DNA of 55,314 bases, taken from NCBI GenBank assembly GCA_030754595.1, contig JASLZZ010000110.1, positions 1 through 55,314 on the forward strand, written 5' to 3'. A program made the translations under genes and the position numbers. This stretch comes from Nitrospinota bacterium. GTDB taxonomy: Bacteria; UBA8248. Below the pieces are notes generated by a model that did not search any database, was not told where the DNA came from, and saw only the letters and a program-made list of their open reading frames with translations. Below are positions 19,965 through 30,306 of the stretch, one piece after another. Within the stretch, counting starts at the first letter, position 1, and every line of letters begins with the position of its first letter.

Positions 19965-20158
19965 GATGTCTCCTTGGACCCCGGGAGGCGGCGGCGCGCC
20001 CGGAGAGAGTCTATATTCAGGAACGAAGGATCCCCAATCTGCGAGTTTCAGTCTCAGCTATGATAACGTGAGGGGTGGAGTCCGAAATCAACGTCTTTTT
20101 AAAAAATTATTCATGATCAAAGGGCCCGAGAGCGCCCCGCGACATCCCCGGAGGAGTC

Positions 20159-21217
20159 ATGGAAGACAAGCGAATCCCGGTCGAGCGGCTCGAGAAATTC
20201 ATCAAATCGACGATGAGGGCGCAGGGTGTGCCGGACGATCACGACGAAATTTTCACCCGGCGCATGATCGAGGCCGACCTGCGCGGGATGCACGGCCACG
20301 GCCTCATGCGCCTCACGCCTTACAGCCGCCGCCTCCGCGAGGGGGGCTACAACCTCAAGCCCGATATCAGGGCGACGCGCGAAACCCCCGTCAGCGCCCT
20401 CGTCGAGGGCGACAACGGCCTCGGCCAGGTCGTCATGACCTTCGCCGCCGAACTGGCCATCAAAAAGGCCAAGGAGAGCGGCCTCGCCTGGGTCGGGGTC
20501 CGGGGGGGCAACCACGCCGGCGCCGGGGGCGTCTACGCCGCCCTCGCCCTCCCCCACGACTTGGTGGGCATTTACATGGCCGTCGCCAACGCCAACCACA
20601 TGCCCCCCTGGGGCGGGGTGGACATGCTCCTCAGCACGAACCCGATCGCCTTCGCCATTCCCGCCGGCGAGGAGCCCGGCTTCGTCCTCGACATGGCGAC
20701 CACTGTGGCCTCCTACGGGAAGGTGAAAGTCTACGCCCAGGCGGGCCGGGAGATGCCCGTGGGATGGATGGTCAACCGCAAGGGCGAGCCCCTCATCGAC
20801 TCCACCCGCGCGGACGAGGGCTTTTTGCTCCCCATCGGCGGCCACAAGGGCTACGGGCTGAACATGGTCATCGGCATGCTGGGGGGCGTCATGAACTCGG
20901 CGGCCTTCGGGGGCGATGTCGTGGACTTCAACAAGGAATTCTCCACCCCGCTCAACACCGGCCAGGCCTTCTTCGCCATGCGCCCCGACCTGTTCCGCGA
21001 TCTGGGCGAGTTCAAGGCGGGCATGGACCGGAGCATCCGGGAGATCAAGCACTCGACCCCGATGGAGGGAAAGGGCCCGATCCGTATTCCGGGCGAGCAG
21101 GCGGTGGCCCGGGAGCAAGAAATGCGCGTGCGGGGAATCCCCGTCACCCCGCCCGTCCTCAAGGCCGTCCGGGAGCTGGCTGAAACCCTGGGGATCGAGG
21201 AGCGGCTCGAGGACTAA
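20159..21217 (+). CDS. Ldh_2 family oxidoreductase (malate/L-lactate/ureidoglycolate dehydrogenase type)
   Basis: ADLRGMHGHG, NHAGA, TNPIAFAIP, LDMATT, GGHKGYGL and IPGE motifs. Confidence 0.92.
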   Translation: MEDKRIPVERLEKFIKSTMRAQGVPDDHDEIFTRRMIEADLRGMHGHGLMRLTPYSRRLREGGYNLKPDIRATRETPVSALVEGDNGLGQVVMTFAAELAIKKAKESGLAWVGVRGGNHAGAGGVYAALALPHDLVGIYMAVANANHMPPWGGVDMLLSTNPIAFAIPAGEEPGFVLDMATTVASYGKVKVYAQAGREMPVGWMVNRKGEPLIDSTRADEGFLLPIGGHKGYGLNMVIGMLGGVMNSAAFGGDVVDFNKEFSTPLNTGQAFFAMRPDLFRDLGEFKAGMDRSIREIKHSTPMEGKGPIRIPGEQAVAREQEMRVRGIPVTPPVLKAVRELAETLGIEERLED

Positions 21218-21344
21218 AATAATCCGCGCCCGAGGGGGGGGAGCATCCTCCCCTCTCCCTCTTGGAGTTGGGAAATATCCGGGCAACGAATTTTTCGGGA
21301 AATGTCGTCGTGGATTCGATCCCTATCCGGCCTAGACCGGTCAG

Positions 21345-22203
21345 CTAGCCAAGACTGATCAACGCGCCACCAACCGTGATGAGCACCCCTCCCAGAACCA
21401 TGAACGGGGTGATTTTTTCCTTCTCCCTGAGAAGGAAAAATGAAAAAAGCATGACGAACATGGGCAGGGCCGAGACGATGGGGGTGACGACCACGACACT
21501 CCCCCTGTCCAGGGCCAGGAACAAGGACAGTTGGGCGAAAATGGTCGAGACCCCAACCCATCCGAAAAGACCAAGACTCCGTCTCGGCAGCAAGGCGATT
21601 TTCTTATCCCCCAGCCACACCCAGGCGGCGGCCATGAGGACGGTCGATGTCGAGGCCATGACGAATATCGCGAGGGTCTTGTAGGGAACATCGGGGGACG
21701 AGTAGCGGATGATGAGGTCCCTGAAGACGTAAGTCATGGTCACCCCCAGGCTGAAAAGCACCCCGCTGATAGCCAGGAACGCACCCCCCCTTTCCGGACG
21801 GATAGCACGGCGATGCCCAGGACGATAAAACCCGTCCCGGCGGCCACCCGGACCGATATCACCTCGCCCAGCACCAAGACCGCGAGGGAACTCGAAAACA
21901 GCGGACCCAGCCCCCGAATCAGCGCCGAGGGCGACGCCCCGATTCGCTGTAGACCCGCGAAGTGAATCGTCCGGGCGAATCCGGGGATAAATACCCCGAT
22001 CCCCACATACCAGAGAAGGCTCGGGTTTCCGAACTCCCGAAGGGGAACCGTCGCGGCCACCCAGGGGAGCATCCCCGCGGCCACAACGGCGGAAGTAATG
22101 AGCCTCCCATGATCGGCGGCACGTCCCGCCCATCCATCCGCGAGAGGATGTAGGTCAGCGCATAAAATACGGCCGCCGAGACGGCCAGGAAAATAACCTG
22201 CAA
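21345..22203 (-). pseudogene. DMT/EamA transporter with two frameshifts (paralogue of 23713-24576)
   Basis: Pieces in three frames align with the neighbouring DMT (NPSLLWYVG.GVFIPG.AR; PYKTLAIFVMA; VVVVTPIVS). Breaks lie near 22105 and 21775. Confidence 0.8.
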
Positions 22204-22285
22204 TGGGCTTCCTCACAGCCATCCGAAAAGCCCCCCCCCCGAGGGGGGAGGTACTTCTCCGGCCCGTTGTCGCCTGTAAATCCCG

Positions 22286-23518
22286 CTAAAAATAAACTTC
22301 CCCCGGCCCGACCGGCGGGGGCCACTCGCATTCGCCAAAGGGCCCGTCACCCCCCTTTTCGATATAGGCGGTGCGATCGTGGCCGGCGGGCAGGCCCCCT
22401 CCATCGATGAAATGCCGGTTCAGCCAGTCGAACATGTACTGATGAAAGCCCAGCCCACCCAGATTTTCGACGGACCACAGGATGTGGAACTGGTTCTCGA
22501 ACACCCACATCTCCTTCGGGGAAGTAACGTCGCTGTAGACCTCGATGGCGTCCTCGAGCGGACAGAGCGGATCGAATTCCCCGGTGGCGAGCAGCACCGG
22601 ACACCGAATCTTCTCGGCGTAGCCCTTGACCGTCATCCCCGCCGCCATCTCGTCGAACTCCTCCTCCTCGTCCATGCCCGCCATGTACATGAACATTTGC
22701 TTAAAGCGCGGGGAAGACCTTGAGAAGATGGTGTTGTTTGGATTGAAGCAGGCGATGGCGCTTACCAGGCCCGCGATACGGTGGTCGTAGCTCGCGAGCC
22801 TGAGGGACCAGTAGCTCCCCATGCTCACCCCGAGGACGTAAATATGGGAAGGGTCCACCTCCTCGCGCCCGAGCAGATAGTCGATCACCGCCGCCCCGGC
22901 GCGCTCGTAATTGTCCCCCACCGCGCGGATTTTTTGGATATTCGAGTTGCCCTGCCCCGGGCCGTCCATCGAGATGACATGAAACCCGCGGGCGAGGCCC
23001 GGGTTGGCGAAAGCGCGAGGGAACGACTCCTTGGTCTGGTCCATCCCCGGCACATAGATCAGGCAGGGCGCCTTGCGCCGATCCGGCAGGAGGTGAAACA
23101 GGCACGAAATGGTTTTTCCCTCGTCGAAGGGGACCTCGACGCGCTCGATGGGGTTCGGGCAACACTCCGCGCGCAGATCCACCATCTCCCGGAGCTTCGA
23201 GCACAGATAGAGCTTCACGGGGTTGTCGTCGTAGAAAATGGGATGCTGCGCCATCCGGTAGGCCTGAATGGCGTTGTCGTAGTGCTCCGCGGCGGTATGG
23301 CGGAAGCCGCCCTCGTGGGCGCACCGGGCGAGGGCCTCGTGGTGCTCGGCGATCTCGCGCCAGACCTTGGGATACATCTGGTAGTTATGGGCCCGCTTCC
23401 CGTGCGGGGCCTCGGTCTCATCGAGCTCGAAATTCTGCACCCGCCCGCGCATGTTGAGCGCCAGATCGAGCATCCACTGCTGGTTGTCGCGCTGGGTCCT
23501 GAGTTTCTTGATGGCCAT
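22286..23518 (-). CDS. Alpha/beta hydrolase (FrsA / 2,6-dihydroxypseudooxynicotine hydrolase-like)
   Basis: IERVEVPF, PGMDQTKE, DGPGQG, GVSMG, GEFDPL and QFH motifs. Confidence 0.85.
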   Translation of the reverse strand: MAIKKLRTQRDNQQWMLDLALNMRGRVQNFELDETEAPHGKRAHNYQMYPKVWREIAEHHEALARCAHEGGFRHTAAEHYDNAIQAYRMAQHPIFYDDNPVKLYLCSKLREMVDLRAECCPNPIERVEVPFDEGKTISCLFHLLPDRRKAPCLIYVPGMDQTKESFPRAFANPGLARGFHVISMDGPGQGNSNIQKIRAVGDNYERAGAAVIDYLLGREEVDPSHIYVLGVSMGSYWSLRLASYDHRIAGLVSAIACFNPNNTIFSRSSPRFKQMFMYMAGMDEEEEFDEMAAGMTVKGYAEKIRCPVLLATGEFDPLCPLEDAIEVYSDVTSPKEMWVFENQFHILWSVENLGGLGFHQYMFDWLNRHFIDGGGLPAGHDRTAYIEKGGDGPFGECEWPPPVGPGEVYF

Positions 23519-23712
23519 GAATCCTCCCCTTTTTCGTTTGCCGCGCCAGCCAACTCCCGGTGCGGGGAAAAGGCCGGATATGCTAATGAAAATGATTTAG
23601 AGGATAATACGCCGCCCACAGGGCGCAGGAAAGAGAGCGGACCGCAGCCGCCTCCCCGCCGTCCTCAAGGCCGCCCAGGAGCCTGGAAGCGGCGGTCAAG
23701 TTCGAAGGTTGA

Positions 23713-24576
23713 TTAGCCGCCGACCCCAATCAGCCCCCCACCCAGGGCGATGAACACCCCGCCCAGGATCATCAGCGGGGTAATTCTCTCCATCTCCTCA
23801 AGAAAGAGGCGGGAGAGGAGCATCACGAACAGGGGCTGGGACGAGACGATGGGGGTGACGACGACGACGTTGCCGCGCTCCAGGGCTAAGAACAGCGAGG
23901 TCAGGGCGAGAAAACCAAAAAAACCGACTAAAACGAAGAAAAAAAGGCCCCTCCTCGGAACCGAGGCGAGGCTCTTTTTATCGAATCCACCCCACGCGAC
24001 ACTCATCACGAGCACCGATGTCGCGGCCATGACAAAGATTGCCAGGGTCTTGTATGGCGTCTGGACGGAGGCGTATCGGACGACAAGGTCGCGCGAGACC
24101 AGGATCCACGTCGCCGCCAAGCCATAGAGCACCCCGATTAATGACCAAGAACGCATCTCCCCTTTCCGGATCGAAAGGGCGGCGATTCCCAGGACGATGA
24201 AACCCGTTCCGGTGGCCACTAGGTCCGAGAGCGCCTCGCCCAGCAAAAGAACCGCGAACGTGCTCGAGAAGAGCGGCCCCAGCCCCCGGAGGAGCGCCGT
24301 CGGCGACGCGCCGATTCTCAGTATGCTCGCGAAATGAACCGCCCGCGCAAGACCGGGGATGAACACGCCGAGCCCTACGTACCAGAGGAGACTCGGGTTC
24401 GCGTACTCGCGGGCGGGCACAACGAAGAGCACCCAGGGCAGGAAGAGCGCCGCGATGACAACCGAGGTGATGAGCCCGCCCAGGAGCGGCGTCACCTCCC
24501 GCCCCGCCAGGCGCGCGAAGATGTAGGTCATCGAAACAAAGAACGACGACGCAACCGCCAGGCCGATCTCTCGCAC
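23713..24576 (-). CDS. DMT/EamA family transporter
   Basis: About 10 hydrophobic segments with an internal two-fold EamA repeat. Confidence 0.85.
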   Translation of the reverse strand: MREIGLAVASSFFVSMTYIFARLAGREVTPLLGGLITSVVIAALFLPWVLFVVPAREYANPSLLWYVGLGVFIPGLARAVHFASILRIGASPTALLRGLGPLFSSTFAVLLLGEALSDLVATGTGFIVLGIAALSIRKGEMRSWSLIGVLYGLAATWILVSRDLVVRYASVQTPYKTLAIFVMAATSVLVMSVAWGGFDKKSLASVPRRGLFFFVLVGFFGFLALTSLFLALERGNVVVVTPIVSSQPLFVMLLSRLFLEEMERITPLMILGGVFIALGGGLIGVGG

Positions 24577-24703
24577 AGGCTCCTACCCCCCTGGTCGAAG
24601 CCACCCCCTCAGGAAGAGACGAAAAAGCTCCCCGGCAACTCAACCGAGGCGCCTCCCGTAGACGCTTAACATCCAATTTCTCCGGGAGCCAGCCTCGCCA
24701 CCG

Positions 24704-25942
24704 CTAATCCTGCTCGATCAACTCCTCGCAGTAGGGCGCGCGGGTCATGTAGACCGGCTCGCCCTCGGTGATGAGGATGTGATCCTCGATGCGCACCCCC
24801 GCTCCGCCCGGGATTCCGGGCACGAAAATCAGCGGCTCAACGGCGAACGTCATGCCGGGCTTGAATTCGACGCTCTCGGCCCCCGGCATCACCTCGCCAA
24901 TGTAGGGCGGCTCGTTCGGCGAGATCCCGCAGCCATGGCCAATGAAGAGCTTGATGAAGTTCTCCTCGAGCCCCGCCAAGCGGGCCACCTCGAGGAACTC
25001 GGCCGCCGAGTCGTCGTTCGTATAGCCGGGCCGCATCTTTTCGATGCCCGCCTTCAGGGACTTGTAGACGGTCGTATAGACCTTTTTCTGCATCGGGTGG
25101 GGCGGGCCGCCCGCGATCTTCGCCCGACCGCAGTCGCCGAAATAACCGTTCCAGCAGGCGCCGATGTCGATGAATACGATGTCGCCGTTGCGGATGATCT
25201 TGTCGGTCGGGAAGCGCGTCGGGGGGGCCATGTGTTCGCCCGAGGCGACGAAGGGCGAGGCCAGGTGACCGAATTCTCCTCCGTGGGTGAAGAGGGTCTT
25301 CATGGCCTCGGCGGCCACGTCGAACTCCCTCACGCCGGGGACGGCGGTATTGAGAGCGGTGATCGTCACCGCGTCGGCGATGGCGCAGGCCTGGTGGAGG
25401 CAGGCCACCTCGTCCGGGGTCTTCTGAACCCGGCTCATGTACATGAACATCTCGCCGTCAACGAAGGTGGCGTCGGGCAGGTATTTTTCGATGGCGGCGC
25501 GCTGCATGAAGGTGTGGCCGTCGAGGCCGATGGTGCCGCCCGCGACGCCCCAGTCCTTCATCCGCTTGGCGATGTCGTCGCGGACAGTTCTCTCGACGAG
25601 GCCGGGCTCCTCCAGGATGCCGATGGGAACGTAGTCGTCGACCCAGGGCATGCATTCCTCGATGCGGTGCGCCTCGCCCGAGGAGGCCATCAGGGTGGGA
25701 TCTCCATCCTGCTTGAGGAGAACGCCGTAGGTCGTCGAGGAGCGGTACTGGATCATGATGACGCGGGCGCTCGTCAGATAGCGGACGTTCTCGTCCTTCC
25801 AAAGTATCAGGGCGTCGATGTCGGCCTCCTTCATGGCAGCCTGGGTCTTGGCGACACGCTCCTTGCGCATGCGGTCCATGTCGATCCGGTGCTCCCAATC
25901 GACCATCATTCCTCCGCGCGCCCATGTGGGATAATCCGTCAT
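24704..25942 (-). CDS. M24 family (Xaa-Pro peptidase/creatinase-like) protein
   Basis: ENVRYLT, KTPDE, DIG...GYFGD, GHGCG, AVEP and VRIED motifs; GGAGG RBS before ATG 25942. Confidence 0.88.
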   Translation of the reverse strand: MTDYPTWARGGMMVDWEHRIDMDRMRKERVAKTQAAMKEADIDALILWKDENVRYLTSARVIMIQYRSSTTYGVLLKQDGDPTLMASSGEAHRIEECMPWVDDYVPIGILEEPGLVERTVRDDIAKRMKDWGVAGGTIGLDGHTFMQRAAIEKYLPDATFVDGEMFMYMSRVQKTPDEVACLHQACAIADAVTITALNTAVPGVREFDVAAEAMKTLFTHGGEFGHLASPFVASGEHMAPPTRFPTDKIIRNGDIVFIDIGACWNGYFGDCGRAKIAGGPPHPMQKKVYTTVYKSLKAGIEKMRPGYTNDDSAAEFLEVARLAGLEENFIKLFIGHGCGISPNEPPYIGEVMPGAESVEFKPGMTFAVEPLIFVPGIPGGAGVRIEDHILITEGEPVYMTRAPYCEELIEQD

Positions 25943-26140
25943 TCGGTTTCTCCTCCTTCTCGGGTATGGCAATAAAATCCATCTCGGGCGCCTGAGGCGG
26001 GCCCCGAATCAAGGTTCTGACTGGCCGGAATTCCGGGCGCGACGCTAGCACCCCGCTTGAAGGGTGTCAAGAAATCCCGTTCGCACCCGGGGCCCCGGGT
26101 GCGTATAATGGAGTTCCCACCGCCCGATGGACATGCGCTG

Positions 26141-27067
26141 ATGGGCAGGCGACGGGACACCCCCGACTTCAAGCGATCGAGCCGGATTCACCGGGTCCGC
26201 CTCAGGCCGACGGCCGAGGAGCGCGAACTCACCGAGAAACTCATCAAGAGCGGGGGGGCCGGCCCGAGGGAAGCTTACGGGCAAAAGCTCCTGAACGAGA
26301 TGTGCGCCCGCCTCCGGATTCCCCCGGTCCGGCTTCACGTCCAGGACAAGAACCAGCCCCACAAGAAGCAGGGGGGGCGCCTGGCCTATAAGGAGTATGG
26401 GGCCTACTATCTCGATGACCAGGTGATCCGGATCGCCAATCTGACGGCGGTGCGGGGCCAGGTCGTCGCCGGAAAAACGTTTTTCGACACTCTGGTCCAC
26501 GAGTTCATGCACCACCTGGACCGGAAGCTCCTCCGGATTCCCTCGACCCCGCACAGCCCGGGCTTCTACAACCGGATCGACGACCTCAAGCGAAAGCTCC
26601 TAGGGGGGGGAGAGGACGCCCCCGCCGGAGAGGAGAGCGAGGGCCAGTGGGAGCCGCCCCCGAAGGGGGTGCTCTCCGCCCTCGAGCGGGCGACGCGGGG
26701 GGCTCGCGAGGCGGGCCGGATGCCCGAGCCGGACGCTCCCCGAACCGGCCCGCCACTGGGAACCAGGGCCCCCCGCTGGGGGCCGGAGGCGGGTCTTTTC
26801 TCCAGCCCCCAGCGCGGCGCCGGGGAGAAAGGAACCGCCCGGGAGCGGACCACCCGAGAGGACAAGGACGCGCCCTCATGCAAGGGGAAAAACCGGGAGA
26901 GGGGTGTCTCCGGAAGACCGCCGGGGCCGGGCCAGACGAGGCCGATAGCAGCCCCTAATGGCGAGGCCCTTAATGGGGGAGCCCGTGAAGGCTCCGGCCT
27001 GGAGGCCGCGGACCGCAAGGTCGCCGGCCCGGCGACGGGGCAGCTCACTCTCGACCTCGAGGATTAG
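26141..27067 (+). CDS. SprT-like zinc metalloprotease with disordered C-terminal tail
   Basis: YGAY...IRI...TLVHEFMHH...PHSPGFY (HExxH plus downstream His), then a long P/G/R-rich tail ending GQLTLDLED. Start uncertain. Confidence 0.65.
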   Translation: MGRRRDTPDFKRSSRIHRVRLRPTAEERELTEKLIKSGGAGPREAYGQKLLNEMCARLRIPPVRLHVQDKNQPHKKQGGRLAYKEYGAYYLDDQVIRIANLTAVRGQVVAGKTFFDTLVHEFMHHLDRKLLRIPSTPHSPGFYNRIDDLKRKLLGGGEDAPAGEESEGQWEPPPKGVLSALERATRGAREAGRMPEPDAPRTGPPLGTRAPRWGPEAGLFSSPQRGAGEKGTARERTTREDKDAPSCKGKNRERGVSGRPPGPGQTRPIAAPNGEALNGGAREGSGLEAADRKVAGPATGQLTLDLED

Positions 27068-27245
27068 TGTGCGTGAAGGCCCCCCGGCCTGGTGGTCCCC
27101 GACCCAGGGAGGGGTGGACAGAGACCGGGCCGGGGAATGATCTAGCTTCTGAATTGTTCTTACTCGAAACATGGATCTTTCCCCGGTTGGAAAATCGCGT
27201 TCCGGAGCCCGGATTTTATCCCGGAATTCATAAGGAGTTTCCGCA

Positions 27246-27938
27246 ATGCAGCCCGCAAACGATTTTTTGAGAAAACCGACCGGCCCAATGATGGGATTTT
27301 GGTCTTGGCGTTACCTCGATAAATGGAAGACCTTGAAGTTGGTTAACAGCCGGCGCATCAAGGGAATTTACGGTAAATTCCCCTCGATCTTCCCGCCGGG
27401 CGAGAAATTCCCGGATTTCGAGCTCAAGGATCTGGAGGGCACCCCGCACCGGATGTCCGATTATTTGGGCAAAAAATATCTCGTCGTGACAACGGGCGCC
27501 ATAACGTGACCGCCCTACCGGCGGCAGGTGCCGTTTTTCGAGGAAATGGCCGAGAAATATGCGGATCGCGACGTTAAAATATTCAATATCTATGTCCGCG
27601 AGCCGCATGCGGGAGAGGTGGGATTCCCCGAAATCAAAAATCATGAAAGCTACGAGCACAAACTTGGATACGCGAAGGAGATGGCCACAATCAAAGGAAT
27701 GAAAAACACCATTTTGGTTGACGAAATGGACCAGAAAGTCCACGAATTGCTCGGCAATCTCCCGACATTTGTCTACCTCGTGGGAAAGGACGGCCTAGTG
27801 AAATACAAAGCCACCTGGTCTGATGCCGAATATGTGGATGAATATTTAGCGAACTTGGTGAACAACGACCCTGATTTCGCGGGAAAACCGAAGATTGACC
27901 ACACAATTTTCACCTATCATGCGCCGACGGATATTTGA
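27246..27938 (+). CDS. Deiodinase-like / thioredoxin-fold selenoprotein (Sec at UGA 27507-27509)
   Basis: ORFs 27246..27509 and 27528..27938 are in the same frame. Readthrough gives PGEKFPDFEL...TTGAIT-U-PPY...IYVREPHAGE...ILVDEMD...GNLP, matching the deiodinase GSCTUPPF, YIxEAH and YGxxP pattern. AAGGAG RBS upstream. Confidence 0.85.
27520..27535 (+). promoter_or_regulatory. Putative bacterial SECIS element
   Basis: Hairpin GGCGGC-AGGT-GCCGTT starting 10-11 nt after the UGA, with a G-containing apical loop like the E. coli fdhF SECIS. Confidence 0.7.
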
Positions 27939-28190
27939 GCGGCAATTGAATTAGATGGGATTCCTTGACGAGATTCGCCGGATTGATGTGTCAATACACC
28001 ACTTAAATCAATCAAAAACCTATTTCACATGCCTATTCCGGTTGTTACTGGAAAACAAATCAACCGGGTTATTCAGGTGTCTTTAATTATCACAAATCAA
28101 ACATGAGACAACCCATAACGCCCTTTGAGACTGACCTTCCATAATTCCCTTTTTGGTTCATGATCAAATATACCTATGTTTTTCCTTACC

Positions 28191-28219
28191 TTGACACCCT
28201 GAGGAAGCTCGCCTATAAC
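28191..28219 (+). promoter_or_regulatory. Sigma70-type promoter upstream of the DEAD-box helicase
   Basis: TTGACA-17 bp-TATAAC. Confidence 0.75.
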
Positions 28220-28342
28220 CACCCCCGTGAAGAATCTAGACGTTGATGGCAGATCTAACATATTAAAAAGAATTGGCCTTCCCGCCCTTTCAAAAGCCCC
28301 AATAGGGCACCTCCCCAGATCGTTTTCGAAGGAAATAACTTT

Positions 28343-29860
28343 TTGACCAATCCCAGCGAGAAAAAAGAATCGGAATCGTCATCTCCCAGTAAAAATGACG
28401 GCGGAACCCAAAAATCCAGTTCAGGAAGACCGGGGCGCCGCCGCTCAAAATCAGCTGCACAAAAAGGGAGCCAAAGGTCAAAAAAAGACGGAAAATTCTC
28501 AAATAAACGGGGCCGCCCGAATTCTGGCCGGGCAAAGAGAAATAGTTCTCTCACGTTTCCATCCTCATTGCCCGAACCGGTAGCACCATCCCCTGTCGTT
28601 GGGATAGGACAATTTGACCCTTCCCTTACTGAGTCTTTCCGGTCTCTAAACCTCAGACAGGAACTTCTTCACGCGATTCATGACATGGGTTACCTGGAAC
28701 CCACCCCAATTCAGAATAAAGCGATTCCCGTTGCCCTTGATGGCCGGGATATAATTGGCAGCGCTCAGACAGGAACGGGAAAAACAGCCGCCTTTGCTCT
28801 CCCTACACTGCAAAAGCTTCTCGGAGGAAAAGGAACCAGAGTATTGGTCCTCACCCCCACCAGAGAACTCGCAATCCAGGTCTCCGAGCATTTTGAATAT
28901 CTTGGCAAATACCTCACATCAACCGTCGCCCTAATATACGGGGGAGTGGATTACGAACCTCAGTTTAAGGCTCTCTTAGACCAATCCGATATTGTTGTCG
29001 CTACCCCTGGCCGGCTCCTCGACCATATGAGAAGAAAAACCGCTAGTTTCTCTAATTTAGAAATATTAATCCTTGATGAAGCGGACCGGATGCTTGATAT
29101 GGGTTTTGCTGATGAAATTAATGAGATCCTCAATAAAATTCCAAACAACAGGCAAACCATGTTATTTTCGGCGACAATCCCACCAACTATTCAGGGATTA
29201 TCACAAAAGGCTCTCCAATCGCCGATCAATGTTTCAGTAGCCCCACCCGCGACTCCCGCCGAGGGAATATTCCACGGCGTCTACCCAATCAGCGCTATTA
29301 ACAAACCAAGAGCAGTTCTCGAAATCCTGGAACGCGCGGAGGTGAAATCCGTCCTCGTATTTACAAGAACAAAAGCGGGGGCTGACCAACTTGGCGACGC
29401 CCTTGAGCGAACTGATTATTCAGTGGCACGCATCCATTCAGACAGAAGCCAACGCCAACGCGAAAAAGCCCTTAATGGATTCAAAAATGGCGACCACAAA
29501 ATCCTGGTTGCTACTGATATCGTCGCAAGAGGGATTGACGTGACAGACATTTCCCACGTCATCAATTTCGATGTTCCCGAATACCCGGAGGACTATGTCC
29601 ACAGAGCAGGTCGAACCGCCAGAGCCGGGCAAATTGGCTATGCCCTAACGCTGATGTCACCCGGAGAAATCATGCTCGTCAAAAATATTGAACGCTTTGT
29701 CGGAAAAGCACTTCCCCGTGTATCCCTTCCAGGACTAAAGGACGACATTCACCAAGGAAATCTTGGCGAAAACCCGAAGCCTCTTAAAGATCAACCTGCT
29801 GTCGCCCGCTACAACCACCAGAGAAGATTGAACCGCCGCACAGGATTGTCGTTGCGTTAA
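28343..29860 (+). CDS. DEAD-box RNA helicase (RhlE-like) with basic disordered N-terminus
   Basis: PTPIQ, AQTGTGKT, PTRELA, TPGRL, DEAD, SAT, ARGID and YVHRAGRTAR motifs. Start uncertain. Confidence 0.93.
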   Translation: MTNPSEKKESESSSPSKNDGGTQKSSSGRPGRRRSKSAAQKGSQRSKKDGKFSNKRGRPNSGRAKRNSSLTFPSSLPEPVAPSPVVGIGQFDPSLTESFRSLNLRQELLHAIHDMGYLEPTPIQNKAIPVALDGRDIIGSAQTGTGKTAAFALPTLQKLLGGKGTRVLVLTPTRELAIQVSEHFEYLGKYLTSTVALIYGGVDYEPQFKALLDQSDIVVATPGRLLDHMRRKTASFSNLEILILDEADRMLDMGFADEINEILNKIPNNRQTMLFSATIPPTIQGLSQKALQSPINVSVAPPATPAEGIFHGVYPISAINKPRAVLEILERAEVKSVLVFTRTKAGADQLGDALERTDYSVARIHSDRSQRQREKALNGFKNGDHKILVATDIVARGIDVTDISHVINFDVPEYPEDYVHRAGRTARAGQIGYALTLMSPGEIMLVKNIERFVGKALPRVSLPGLKDDIHQGNLGENPKPLKDQPAVARYNHQRRLNRRTGLSLR

Positions 29861-30204
29861 TTTTCCCATTCCCTACTACAAACTCTTAAATATCCGTCTT
29901 AATATATTGAGAATAGGCACACTCCATCATCACAAATCCAAAAATCACAACAAAAGTTACGAGGCTTTTTTTTATTATTGTCACACAGGCCTTACATATA
30001 TAACCACTCCGATTTGATATCCAACAACTAGAAATCGGTTTCGCCGTCGGATAATGGTGAAATTCCACTCAAATGGCTTTTGATTCGGAAAAGATTCCAT
30101 GGAAAATATTTAATGAAAAATTCTCTACATCGCCATGAAATCACCCTCAGTTTTTCAAATGGCCTCAAATTATTCGAAATTTTTCAAAAAAATCATAATA
30201 CTTG

Positions 30205-30233
30205 TTGACGTTCCCATAGGGCTGGGATAGATT
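30205..30233 (+). promoter_or_regulatory. Sigma70-type promoter upstream of HU
   Basis: TTGACG-17 bp-TAGATT. Confidence 0.6.
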
Positions 30234-30306
30234 CACATATCGAGAACAACCCATTCAGAAGCACATTTCTTCTTCTTCTGGCTCATGGCCACGGGGGATT
30301 TTATTC

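Noticed and set aside
70..26000. Many long antisense or alternate-frame ORFs (e.g. 3537..4985, 9433..10542, 19789..21183, 24779..25975)
   Set aside because: They are shadows of well-supported genes in high-GC DNA and show no recognisable motifs.
27940..30300. dif site or structured ncRNA in the AT-rich intergenic regions
   Set aside because: No XerC/XerD-like 28-mer or recognisable RNA family found by eye; a covariance-model search would be needed.
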